Shown: in pieces, positions 26,060-39,069 of the stretch
How positions within the stretch are numbered: the stretch's first letter is position 1
Layout: each line of letters starts with the position of its first letter
Assembly: GCF_036321535.1 (NCBI RefSeq)
Contig: NC_087437.1
Coordinates: forward strand, 103,914,001 to 103,978,000
Direction: 5' to 3'
Source of the DNA: Camelus dromedarius
Lineage: Eukaryota
DNA length: 64,000 nucleotides
The notes under the pieces: model-generated
What the model was told of the DNA's origin: nothing
Seen by the model: the letters and a program-made list of their open reading frames with translations, nothing else
The model's database searches: none
Translations under genes and position numbers: made by a program

Positions 26060-29020
26060 AAAAGATCCAAAATCTATGGGACACTGCAAAAGCAGTTCTC
26101 TGAGGAGAGTTTAGCAATACAAGCTTACCTCAGAAAACAAGAAAAATCTCAAATAAACAACCTAACCTAACACCTAAAGGAACTAGAAAAACAAAACTCA
26201 AAGTTAGAAGAAATGAAACCATAAAGATCAGAGCAGAAATAAATGAAATAGAGACTTAAAAAAAAAAACCAGAAAAGATAAATCTAAGAGCTGGTTCTTT
26301 GAAAAGATAAACAAAATTGATAAACCTATAGCCAGATTCATCAAGAAAAATAAAAGAGAGGACCCACATAAATAAAATCAGAAAAAAGAACTGACACCAA
26401 AGAAATACAAAGGTTCATAACAGATTGGTAGGAACCAGCATATGCCAATAAAATGGACAACCCAACTTAGAAGACATAGGCAAATTTCTAGAAATGTAGT
26501 CTTCCAAGACTAATTCAGGAAGAAACAGAAAATATGAAGAGTAATTACCAGTAATGAAATTGAATCAGTAATTAAAAAAAAAACCTTCCAATAAACAAAG
26601 GTCCAGGGCTACATAGCCTCACAAGTAAGTTGTACCAAACATTTAAAGAGGAGTTAACACCTATCCTTCTCCAACTATTCCAAAAATCCCAGAGGAAGAA
26701 TGCTTCTAATGCTTCTACACTCATTCTAAGATGCCAGCCTCATTCAGATTAAAAGAAAAAAAAGGCACAAGATAAGAAACCTATAGGCCAATATCACTAA
26801 TAAACCTAGGTGCAAAAATCCTCAACAAAATATTAGTAAACCAAATTCAACAAGACATTAAAAGGATCACACACCATGATCAAGTGGGATTTATCACTGG
26901 GAGGCAAAGTTGATTTAATATCCACAAATCAATGTGATACACAATATTGATAAATTGAAGAATAAAAATCATATGATCATCTCAATAGATACAGAAAAAT
27001 CTTTGACATAATTCGATATCCATTTATGATAAAAAGTCTCAACAAAGTGGGCATAGAGGGAACATAACTCAACACAATAAAGATCATATATGAAAAGCCC
27101 ACAGTTGTTATCATTCTCAAAGGTGACAAGCTGAAAAATTTCCCCTAAGATTAGAAACACCCCAGGACGCCCAATCTCACCCTTATTCAACATAGTATTG
27201 GTACTCCTAGCTACAGAAATCAGAGATGAAATAAAAGCAACAAAAATTGGAGAGAGATAAGTAAAACTGTGATTATTTGTAGATGACATGATACTATGTA
27301 TAGAAAATGCTAAAGATGCCACAAAAATATTAGAACTAATGAATTAATTCAGTACATTTTAGGATACAAAATTAATACACAGAAATCTGTTGCATTTTTA
27401 TATACTAACAATGAACTATCAGAAAGAGAAATTTAGAAAATAACCCATTTACAAGGGTATCAAAAGGAATCAAATACCTAGAAATAAAGCTGAGGAGGTA
27501 AAAATCTGTACACAGAAAACTATAAGATACTGATGAAAGAAATTTTCAAAGACACAAGCAAATGGAAAGATATTCTGTGCTCACTGATTGGCAAGAATTA
27601 ATATTACTAATATGATCATACTAATCAAGGCAATATACAGTTTCAGTGCAATCCCAATCAAATATCAATAGCATTTTCTGCAGAGCTAGAACAATTCTAA
27701 AATTTGTACGGAAACACAAAGACCCAGAATGGTCAAAAGAATCTTAAGAAAGAATTAAGCTGAAGGCATTGTGCTCTGGTGCCAAACTATGTTTCAAAGC
27801 CAGAGTAATCAAAATACTATGGTACCAGCTAAAAACACAGACACGTACATCAACAGAACAGCCAGCCTATTAATAATTCCATATTTATGTGCTCAATTAA
27901 TCTATAACAAAGGATACAAGAATATACAATGGGGAAAGACAGCCTCTTCAATAAACAATGTTGAGTAAACTGGACAGCTACATGCAAAATAATCAAAATG
28001 GACAATAGTCCCACACCATATACAAAAATAAACTCAAAATGGATGAAAGACTTATTTATAAAGCCTGAAACGATAAAATTCCTGGAAGAAAATATAGTCA
28101 GTATGATCTTTATCACCAGTCTTAGAAATATATATATATTTTGACACACATCCTCAGGCAAGGGAAACAAAAGCAAAAATAAGCAAATGGGACTACATCT
28201 AACTAAAAAGCTTTTGCACAGAGAAGAAAACTAACAACATAATGAAAATACTGCCTACTGAATGGGAGAAGATATTTGCAAAATATATCTGATAAGGGGT
28301 TAATATCCAAAATGTAGAAAGAACTCATACAACTAAACATTAAAAAAATAATTAAAAAATGGGCAAGGGATGTGAAGAGACATTTTCCAAAGAAGACATA
28401 GAGATGGCCAACAGACACGTCAAAAGATGCCCAACATCATTAATCAGCAGGAAAAAGTGAATCTAAACCACAATGAGATATCACCTCACACCTGTAATAA
28501 TGTCTATTATCAAAAAGAAGTAACAAGAGTTGGTGCAGATGTGGAGAAAAGTGAACACACATGCACTGTTGGTGGAATGTAAGTTGTTTCAGCCACAATA
28601 GAAAACAGTATGAAGGTTTTTCAAAGCACTAAAAACAGAACTACCATAAAATACAGCAATCCCATTCCTGAGTATTTAACTGAAGAAAATAAAAATCTAA
28701 TTCAAAAAGATACATGAATCCATCTGTTTACTGCATCATTATTTACAAAAGCCAGGATATGTAAGCAAGCTAGGTAGCTATGTGCCCATTGATAGATAAA
28801 TTGATAAAATAGTTGTGAGATATATATATATATATTCTAATCACGATGAAAAATATTTTCTGTCTTTTGTATTTTTGAGGAGACAATGGATCCTCATTAA
28901 CCTTATTGTGGTAATCATCTCATGAAATATGTAAGTCAAAATTATTATGCTGTACAACTTAAACTTACACAGTGCTCCATGTTAATTATATATCAATAAA
29001 ATTGGAAGGAAAAAATAATA
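26060..29020 (+). mobile_element. About 3-kb 5'-truncated L1 (ORF2 including RT domain, partly deleted 3' UTR)
   Basis: ccaaaatctatgggacactgcaaaagcagt (QNLWD.AKAV); RT catalytic-motif remnant ttatttgtagatgacatgata (LFVDDMI) at 27273; many frameshifts; terminus aattatatatcaataaaattggaaggaaaaaa. Confidence 0.95.
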
Positions 29021-30635
29021 CCTACATTTTAAGCAACATCAACTATTTTCCATCCTATTCAATTACAATTTATTCTATTTCATAGATATTAAAAAATAAT
29101 AGAGATTGTAACTCCTTAAATTGCTCTCATGATCCAATAATAGGTTCTGACCTGAATTATGAAAATCATTACTCTATGCAGTCCTCTGAAACTGGAATAT
29201 ACCAGTGTCAAGCCATTTTGAGACACCCTCATTGGTGAATGGATGTAAGAATTACTAAATATTATATTACTCTTATTAAAGTCTAGGCACACTTTTATAT
29301 AATATTCATAGTAACTTCTCACAACAAAAGGCAGGTATTTTGTAGAGCTATGTTTCAGACTTAGTTTTTAAATAGTGCATTTCCAGATTCAGAGACCTTC
29401 TCCTATTTACTGTCTTTTAGAGCATCTTAATGATTATTTCTCTTTTTAATAATTTATATATTGTTGATCTAAAAAGCATACACAAAAAGAGAGTAGAGAA
29501 GAGAAACAGATTTTCTTATCAGTATATCTGGCATATAGTTTGAACATCAAGCAATGGCTGTTATAATTGAAAACTAACAATTCTTCAGGGAGTGACTTTA
29601 TTCTATTTAGAACACAGGTGAACATAAAAATTATAGTTTTATAAATGATAACTTGCATAAACGGTTTAAAGAAGGCATGGGAGATTGATTTCATGGGTAT
29701 TTACCTGGCAACCAGATGTCATGTATCCGTATCTGAAATGCTTAGTTATGGTCACACTGAATTATGTGAGCAGTCTTGTCATTAGATAAATGGACATTAT
29801 GAATAGATTAAAGGAAAGTAGTGTCCAGAATTGGTACTGCAATTACATTCTTTGCTCTTCCAAGTAACTATTATTTTGCTAAATAGAATGAGAAAGTAAT
29901 TTTTGTGGTTTGTAATGAGTTTCTAAATAAGTAGTTTACACACATTTTCTTCATCTGAAATGTTCTCTAGAGATCTTAAGATTGTCCACTGAAAGAGAGC
30001 TATTCCTCTATCCTACTGTCACATCTTTCCAGGCATTCTGGGGACTACCTCTCTCATTTCAGTTTCAAGAGATATTCACTAACATCAGCTCCCAAGTGTG
30101 TCTGGGACTCCCTCCAAATAATCCTTTTTAAATGTAACAACTGGAAGATGGGTGAGTGGTGACGAGAAGCTCTACATAATTTAGCAAGCAAATAACTTCC
30201 AAAAGGTTGTGGACATCATACATCCCAAAGATTTTGAGTCCTATCTCTGCATGTAACTAGATATTATGTCTTTTTCTGACCCTGGCCTCCCAACTCCTAC
30301 CTCATACTTGGCCAAAGCTCCTTTAAGACTAGATCAAAGCATTTTCCAGGAAAGAAATATAAAATGATGCTTGTATTCTTTTTTAGAGCTATAGATATCA
30401 TCCAATTTAACCTTAAAAATAGTTCTGTGACTGAAGCATTGGCAACACTTTACAGAAGTAGTGTTGGGAATCCTTTGATTGGTGCTCCAATTTCTTTGTC
30501 GTACTGTTTATTTTTCTATAGAAAAACTTGGGAGAGATTTTTAGGGTCAGTTTTCCTGAAAAGTATTTTAGTCTTCAAACACAACTGACAAAGAGGAAAA
30601 CTAATCAATTAAACCTGTAGTACAAATAGTCAGAT

Positions 30636-30753
<118 letters not shown>

Positions 30754-31327
30754 GCAGGATTAATGCACTGACTAGCTAAGATGGAAGCAAAATATTTTCT
30801 TTAGCTTTATGAATAGGCTATAGAGTTTTTTCCATGTAGGATATCATCATACTGATTAAAATCTGTAATTGGTAGTATCAATGCTTCACATCACATAAAA
30901 GGACACATAATATTTTTTTCTTTATATTTTACATTTCAGTGTTTAAATGCATCCTTAATCAGATAATTTACTATGTTAGTGCTATTTAAATTATGATGAT
31001 ATTTGCCAGGAAACAAATGTAAGACTGTACAATGAAAACATCAACACTTGTGACAGATCTGTTCTCACATCTTAACACAAGGGAGAACAAAATCTATTTT
31101 CTGATTTAAAATTTGTTGCTTGAATATATTCTTAAAATTACTTAACCAGTAAGTTGCTTTTTAAAAAAGCAGCTATAATACATACTGTCAGATGCCCCCC
31201 CCCCCAAACCACATTAAAATACAGCTATAGGAACATGTTTTTTCTCATATTACTAAATTCACATTTGTTTCTTAGGATATTACTTGAGTATTAATAGAAA
31301 TGAATAAAATTTTCTTTCTTCATAAAT

Positions 31328-33862
31328 TTGACAAAGAAGGTTAGTATACAATGATGTAAGAGTCAATTCATCAGGAGGACATATTATAAATATATATATG
31401 CACCAAACATCATAGCACTTAAATATACAAAGCAAACCATGACAGAACTGAAGGGAGAAATAGACATTAAGTTAATAGTAGGAGGCTTTGAAACCTCACT
31501 TTCAATAATGGATAGGCTTTTCAAACAGAAAATCTGTAAGGACACAGTGGACTTGAACAATATAGATCAGAGAAACCTAATGAACACATACAGAACATTC
31601 CACCCCCAAACAGAATATACATTCTTCAAGTAAACACACCACATTCTCTAGCATAAATCACAATAGGTCACAAAATAATTATTTAAAAATTAAGAAGACT
31701 GAAATCATATCCAGTATCTTTGCTGACCACAATAGAATAAAACTAGAAATCAACTGCAGAAAGAAAACTGGAAAATTCACATATGGGGAAATTAAACAAC
31801 AGACTCTTCAACAACCAGTGGGTCAAAGAAGGAATCAAAATGGAAATTAGAAAATATCTTGAGATGAATGATAACAAAAACAAAACGTACCAAAACCTGA
31901 TGGGATGCAGCAAAAGCTGCAGTAAGATGAAATTTTGTTATAATTAATGTCTTTATTAATTTTCAAAAAAAATGTATCTCAAATAATTTATATTTACATT
32001 TCAAGAAGGTAGAAAAAGAACAAATTAAGGTCAAAGTCAGCAGATGGAAAAATACAGTAAAGACTAAAGCAGAAATAAAATAGAGTATAAAAAATCAATA
32101 GAGCTGAATTGTTTTTTGAAAAATAAACAAAACTCACAACCCTCAGATAGACTCATTCAGAAAAAAAGACTCAAATAAAATCAGTAATGGAAAATGAGAC
32201 ACTGCAACTGATAACACAGACATACTAAGCATTAAAAGAGAATACAATAAGTGGAAAACCTATAAGAAATGAATAAACTCCTAGAAACATACTCTATCAA
32301 GACTAAGTCATGAAGAAATAGAAAATATGAATAGAACTACAATTAGTATGAATATTGAGTCAGCAATCAAAAACTCCTCTAACAACAACAAAAAAGAAGA
32401 CAAAAACAAAACACAAAAAAACAGGAGGATCAGATGGCTTCATGGGTGAATCTTATCAAATATTTAAAGAAGAATTAAAGCCAGTACTTTTCAATTCTTC
32501 CAAGAGAAGAAGAAAAGGAAACACTTCCAAAACCATTTTATGAGGCCATCATTATCCAGTTATTAAAGCGAGGCGAGGAAGGACACTACAAGAAAAGAAA
32601 ACTGCAGGCTGGTGCCATGATAAATGCAGATGCAAAAATCCCCAACATGATACTAGCAAACTGAATTCAACAGCATATTAAAAGTGTTAAACACCATGGC
32701 AAAGCGAGATTTATCACTGGAATGCCAGATGGTTCAATATTTGCAAATGCACTGTTACATGCGGTGTATGACATACCAAATTAAAAGAATAAAGAATAAA
32801 AATCATATGAGCATCTCAATAGATACAGAAAAATCATCTAACAAAATTCAACATTCTTTGATGAAAAAAAAAAAAACCCTCGCTAATGGGTATAGAAGTA
32901 TTGTATCTTAATTTTTGACCTCAGTAAAGGTCAAAAGCCTACAGCTAACATCATACTCAATGGCAAAAAAACCTTAAAGCTTTTCCTCTAAGATTAGGAA
33001 CAAAGCAAGGATGCCCATTCTTGCCACTTCTATTCACTATAGTACTACAAGTACCAGCCAGAAATGTTAGGTAAAGGAAAAGAAAGAAAATGCATCCAAA
33101 TTGTAAAGGAAGAAGTCAAATTATCTGTATGCAGGTGACATCTTATGTATAGAAAATCCAAAGAAGCTACAACAACAACAAAAAAACCAACCTTTAGAAC
33201 TAATCAACAAATTCAGTAAAGTTGCAGGATATAAAAATCGACACACACACACACAAATAAGAGGAATTTCTATATACTAACAACGAACTGTTTGAAAAGG
33301 AAATTAAGAAAGCAATCCCATTTATCCCATTTATAATAGCAGCAAAAAGAAAAGAATACGTAGGAATACACTCAATCAAGGATGTAAAAAATTTAAACAA
33401 TGAAAACCACAAAATATGGATGAAAGAAATTATCAAAAAGATAAAGGCACCCTCATGTTCATTTCAGTATCACTCACAATAGCCAAGACGCAGCAACAAT
33501 GTAATACCTATCACTGAATGAATGGAAGAAGAAAATACGACACAGATACACAAGGGAATACTGTTCAGCCATAAAAAGGATGGAAATCCTGACATTTATG
33601 TCAATATATGTGGACCTTGAATGCAAATGGCAAGTGAAATACTGTATGATCTCACCCATATGTGGAATGTAAAAAAGCTGAACTTAGAGGAATAGTGTAG
33701 GATGGTAGTTGCCAGGGGCTAGCTACTCAAGTTTCAGTTATGCAATATGATTAAGTTCTAGAGATCCACTGTACCACGTTGTGCCTACAGTTCACAATAC
33801 TCAACTGTGCAGTAAAGTAACAGCTGAGCTAGAGCTCATGCTAAGTGTTGTTACAGCACACA
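31328..33862 (+). mobile_element. L1MA9-like LINE-1 (endonuclease through RT, internal deletion, 3' UTR)
   Basis: EN-like translation (TELKGEID..LIVGGF.T.LS.MDR..KQKI.KDT.DLNN..YRTFHP..EYTFF); 3' UTR caagtttcagttatgcaatatgattaagttctagagatccactgtac..ctaagtgttgttacagcaca. Confidence 0.92.
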
Positions 33863-35766
33863 GTAGGCATGCTCAGAGAAACTCAAGTGCCTCTTCACTC
33901 CCCCTACTTGCATAAATGAAACACACATTTTATTTATTTTAAAATAATGCATTGGAATGTTATACTTAAATAATACCATTTGGATGAAATACAAGACTTA
34001 CTATCTATTCTCATGCAAACTGTTTTAAAGATACACACAATACAAGTTGTCCACAGTAATTACTGAGACAAGTAAATGATATTCATGCCATGGAATTATT
34101 AGATCACTAAAAAGGATCATGACTATACTGTGGTTAAAGGTCAATTACAGCACTGTGGTGGATGTACTGAATTTATGTCACGCTGTAACAGGCAATCAGG
34201 AAGGTCAACTTTGATGAGGACTCACACAGACAGATTAGCAGTGACATTTCAAATGGGCTTAATTCAAACCTCTCCTTTTCTCTAAGTTTAATATTCTTAT
34301 GAATTTGCATAAATAAGCTAGGATAATAAGTAGAATGTATATACTGCAACAATATACCTTAATAGCCTTAATTTCATTATATTTGCCTTATCTTTAACAG
34401 CAAACAATGTATCTCAGATATGACAGATTTGATGGATGGAGACTAAATTAGCTTTGAAATATTGAGATGAATTTAGCTTTATGCAGAATAGTGGACATTT
34501 TAATAGACAGTAAGAAGTGATAAATTTAATAATGTCTGCTAAAATATACCCACCCCCCAAATGTGACTAGTTTCAATAAAAGTATTTGAGATGATATCAC
34601 GTATTATACATGTATATGGATGACACCCACACACACGTTATATTTTAACTTAAATATTTTAAAATAAATTCTAAAATATGAACAAATTTTTCCCACTGTT
34701 TAAAATCCTTCAACCCATTAACCTCTGACAAGAATTATACACACTAGCATGATCATACCTAGGATACTCAATAGACAGCTTTACAAAACACTTTTGACTG
34801 AAATGTGGCCAGAATATTACTGACAAAAAGTTCACATGTGATTTTCATATGTCACCAAACATTAGAATCAACATTCTACAATATAGAAATAACCATGAGG
34901 AATCCAGAATAAAGAGCTACCAAATTTTCCTCTTAAGAATCACCCTTCTAATCACTTTTGCATTCAAAGTGAGATTTTGTGTTTAATACAAACATAAATG
35001 TGTGCCCAATTACTATATATCTATCTCCATTTTCCACAATAAATGTGTTACAGTAAGCTTATGTCACATTTGGAGGGAGTGGAATGATCAATGAAAAATG
35101 TGGCTAGTCTGCAAATGATTTCTTGCGCTATACTATACCAACTATTAATAGAGAAATAGGACATGTCTTGACAAAGAGAAAGTGAGAAGCAGGATGGTAA
35201 AGAAGGCTTACTGACATGTTAAACAGCCTGGTAGTTTATCAATAGTTTGTCAAACTGTCAAACTCCCACTGTTACAGTTCACAACTAAAGGTTCCTGAAG
35301 TTTTAAAAAAGGTCATGGTTTTGGGCACAGAGTGTGCCACTGCATGAGGTGGGTACCAATTGCACAATTTCAAGAAGAGAAAACAAATGTGGGTAAAGTA
35401 ACCTTCTTCCTCCTGTCTTGTTTCCTCCTCAAAGTAGTACTTTTGGTTTAATGTACGTATGCACATATAGATGAATATGTTATTAATTTCATGATATTGG
35501 TTGTCTCCTATTAACAAGGACATGTTAAAATTCAAACTGAATATATAACCAAATAACTATCCTATCACCCAACCAGCCTACAGTTCACAGTATTTTAAAA
35601 AGAGTGTGTCAATACAATTATTCTGTGGTCCTTTTTCTCCAACTAACCATGACAAATTTCACAGATTTACAGTTATAGGTCCCAATCCCTGCATCATTCA
35701 CTTAACTTCCATGCCAGAACAAAGGCTGGAATTACTATGTGTAATTCAAACATAGTGCAATACAAC

Positions 35767-35925
35767 GGGAAGTACAGCTCAGTGGTAGACTGTATGACTG
35801 GCATGCATGAGGTCCTGGGTTCAATCCCCAGTACCTCCATTAAAGATAAATAAACAAACAAACCTTAATTACCTACGTCCCAAACAAAATTCAAAATATA
35901 AAAAATAAAATAAAAAATAAAAAAA
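35767..35925 (+). mobile_element. tRNA-derived SINE (resembles camelid vic-1 family)
   Basis: Head gggaagtacagctcagtggtagac (A box) and ggtcctgggttcaatccccagtacctcca (B box gggttcaatccc 35817-35828), A-rich tail; degenerate TSD aaacatagtgcaat / aaatacagcacaat. Confidence 0.88.
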
Positions 35926-36121
35926 TACAGCACAATGAGATGAGACCTACAAAGAACACTATGTTTTCTTCTTTTCCTTTAAAAAAAAAGTCAATTCTCC
36001 TTTCTATGTAGAATTTGCATAATGTTCCAGAGAAACTTTTTAAATCCATAAATATAAAAGTAAAGTTTATTTTAATCAGTGTTCATTTACTAAATGGGCA
36101 ATCGAGAATTTTATTTAATTT

Positions 36122-36172
36122 TATTTAAAAATTCTTAAGTGCAAGCTAAGGTGGTAAGGAAAGAAAAGTGAA
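36122..36172 (+). repeat. 51-bp direct repeat, copy A (copy B at 39192-39242)
   Basis: Manual alignment gives 47/51 identity, no gaps. Confidence 0.9.
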
Positions 36173-38064
36173 AAAGGAATCAACGTGTCCTTCAACAGAT
36201 AAATGAATTTTTTGTATTTTAATTTTGTAACTATGAAACTAACACTTATTGGGTATATATTTCTTTATATATGTATGGATATGTACATATTTAATGTTAT
36301 GTTTATAAATAAATGCTATGACTGTAAGTTTACTGTCATTCTATTTTTGTGTACGTATCTTGATTGTTGATTATGACCCCAAGAGCCCATTGGTGTCTCT
36401 GGATATGCATCATAATCTCCTCAGAAAGGGGTCTTGTGTTTGCTTCTCTCTCTGTAGAGCAGCCATGCTGGCGACAAAAGTACCGTGTCCTCACCCCTCT
36501 CTTCTTACTTTCTGTCATCTTTCCTCAGTTAGCTGAGTTTTGTTTTAGACTCATATTTTCAATTTCTTGGCAGTATTTTTACCTAAAGATTTTCCAGAGT
36601 GAGACTATTTCAGACAAGAAAGACAAAGAGCAAAAGAGGTAAGTTTTCGGGTTATAAATCTAGAAATTTTACAGCTGACTATATGGGGATGGATGTTCAG
36701 AGGACTGCTCCAGAAATAGTCATTTCAATGTTGGATCTATAAATAATTGTAAGGTTGGTGACACTATTAACTGAGACAGGGAAATGTGAAAAAAAAAAAA
36801 AATCCAGCACATTTACCAGGAAAAAAAAAACACATGTTCTGTTTAAAAATAACTATGCATTCAGTCTACCTCCTTATTTTACAAGAAGTGAATTGAATAT
36901 ACAAGAATCAAATTTTTATCCTTTGCTATATAATAGAAAGTTTTGAAATCTCTATTCAATGACTATTACATCACTTTTTACAGGAACTCTGTTTATTGAA
37001 AAAATGTTTTCTATAAAAATATTTACTTTAGAAATTTGTCTCAAAATTCTGTATGTTGGAATTAGGTTATTTTTCAAACTCCCAGTGACATGCATATTCT
37101 AATGTTTAATTTCACATTAGCGTATGTAATTTACATTAAATTATGAATGTTTTGAATAAAGAATATAAAACATGATAAATGAATCATGTCCAAAAAGTGG
37201 GGCATTGGAGCAGACGTGAATAACCAAATTGTATTTCCTCTAATAATTGTCATGTGGCATGGTTTAAATGAATTCATGCCCTAAGTCTCATTTATCCTGA
37301 GCAGGCATCCAGATTTTGATATGAAAATAAAATACTTTTTATTTCAAAAACATGTTGCTTTTTGGAACACAGGTACACATTTTCTTGGTATTTGTTAAAT
37401 GCATTCAAAACAATTTATTTATATAATCTTTTTCAATTAATAAGAATCTAGGTTAAACAGAAGGAGCAGATGTGCCATTTATGAGAGCTAATATTTATTA
37501 GAATGCTGTTACTGGCTTAACTAATTATGGGCATAGTCACAGTTGTCATAGAAATCAGTTATGTTTCATTTAAGTTCTGCATTTATATGATGATAGCTAT
37601 AATTGCTTATCTGAGGTTATCACAAATTTGCCAACCCTGACAGCAAATAACCTCAAAAATCTGCCTTTTACAAGCCAAAGAGATATTTATAGTCTTTTAG
37701 TAAATGATAAACAAGTTCTAGAAATGAGATATCTAAATAGTTAATATAAAATATTTGCACTTAAATATTTATAAGCACCATTCATAAAAACTTAAATAAA
37801 AATGTGTTATGTTTAATCATATATAAATATGTATATATAGTGTAAATACATACATATGTGTGTATATATATATATCTGAAGGAATTGTTTTTTCCTTTGA
37901 GTGACTTTTTCAATAAATATAAGATACATTTATTTACATAAATAAATTACTTAGATAATGAATTTACATAAATTTTTAAAAATTTTGAATTCTGACATCC
38001 CAGGCAAGTCTTTATCAATATGTTAATCATGAAATATTTCTGTCTCATTTTTACTGCAGTTAAA

Positions 38065-38712
38065 AGAAGACAAAAAGTTAAAATAGGCCAAAGATTAGAA
38101 CTGATACTTTACTAAGATGATAATACACAAATGGCCAATAAGCAATGAAAAAGCATTTATCATCAGAGATCTGGAAAATGCAAAGAATAACAACATGATA
38201 TAGATGTATGCCCAAGTCAGAATAGCAAATATTAAAAATTCCTACATTAGGAATTGTATTATGGAGAATATGTATCACAACTGAAACCCCTATACATTGT
38301 TGAAAGGATTTTAAAATGGTACAACCACTTTTGAAAACTGTGAGGAAATTTCTTAATTTCTTATAATATTAAATGTGTACTTTGTCATCTATCCATACAA
38401 TGGGATACTACACAGCAAAAAAAAGTTTAAACTGCTAATATCTATAATAATTTTTATGAATATGAAAAAGTAGTGTGGTTAATGAAAACGCAAGTTAAAA
38501 GGAAATGGATATGTAATTTGAGAATAGGAAGCACTAATCTTTACTAACAGAAAACAGTCTAGTGTTTGCCTTAGGCTGTGTTGGGGTTTGTGATTAACTG
38601 CAAACAGGCAGAAGGGGAGATTTTTCAGTGTCTGCAAAGTTGTATTCATTTGTCAGCTCATTTATTACATGCTTAATACGTGTGCATTTTAATACAAAGT
38701 ATTAGCTCAATT
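38065..38712 (+). mobile_element. Old L1ME-type 3' region
   Basis: atacacaaatggccaataagcaatgaaaaagc; aaaatggtacaaccacttttgaaaactg; atccatacaatgggatactacacagcaa; gtattcatttgtcagctcattt. Confidence 0.8.
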
Positions 38713-38759
38713 AGTCATCTGTAAAAACTCATAAAACATAATTAGCTTAACCAAAAAAG

Positions 38760-39064
38760 AGTCACTGCAACTATAATTAGTCAAGTTAACATGAGGATCA
38801 CACTTGAGTAGGGCGGGCTCCTCCTTCAGTGTGACTAGTCCGCCTACACACAGGGGGAGCACCATGTGAACATGGATCCCATCTACAAGCCAAAGACAGA
38901 AGCCTGGAACACATTCTTCCCTCATGGCATTCGAAAGAATTAATAATCCTACCAGTATTTTAATTTCAGATTTCTAGTCTCTAGAGCTGTGAGAAGATAT
39001 GTTTATGGTATTTAAGCCACCCAGTGTGAGTTACTTTGTCACAGCAGCACTACCAAATTAATAC
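38760..39064 (+). mobile_element. MLT1B-like MaLR LTR
   Basis: aagttaacatgagg..agtagggcgggc; ccatctacaagccaaagacagaagcctggaacacattcttccctca; tttaagccacccagtgtg..actttgtcacagcagcactaccaaattaataca. Confidence 0.88.
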
Positions 39065-39069
39065 ACTTA

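Noticed and set aside
35767..35840. Functional tRNA gene
   Set aside because: It has an A-rich SINE tail, a TSD-like flank, no oligo-T terminator directly downstream and imperfect stems; better explained as a SINE head.
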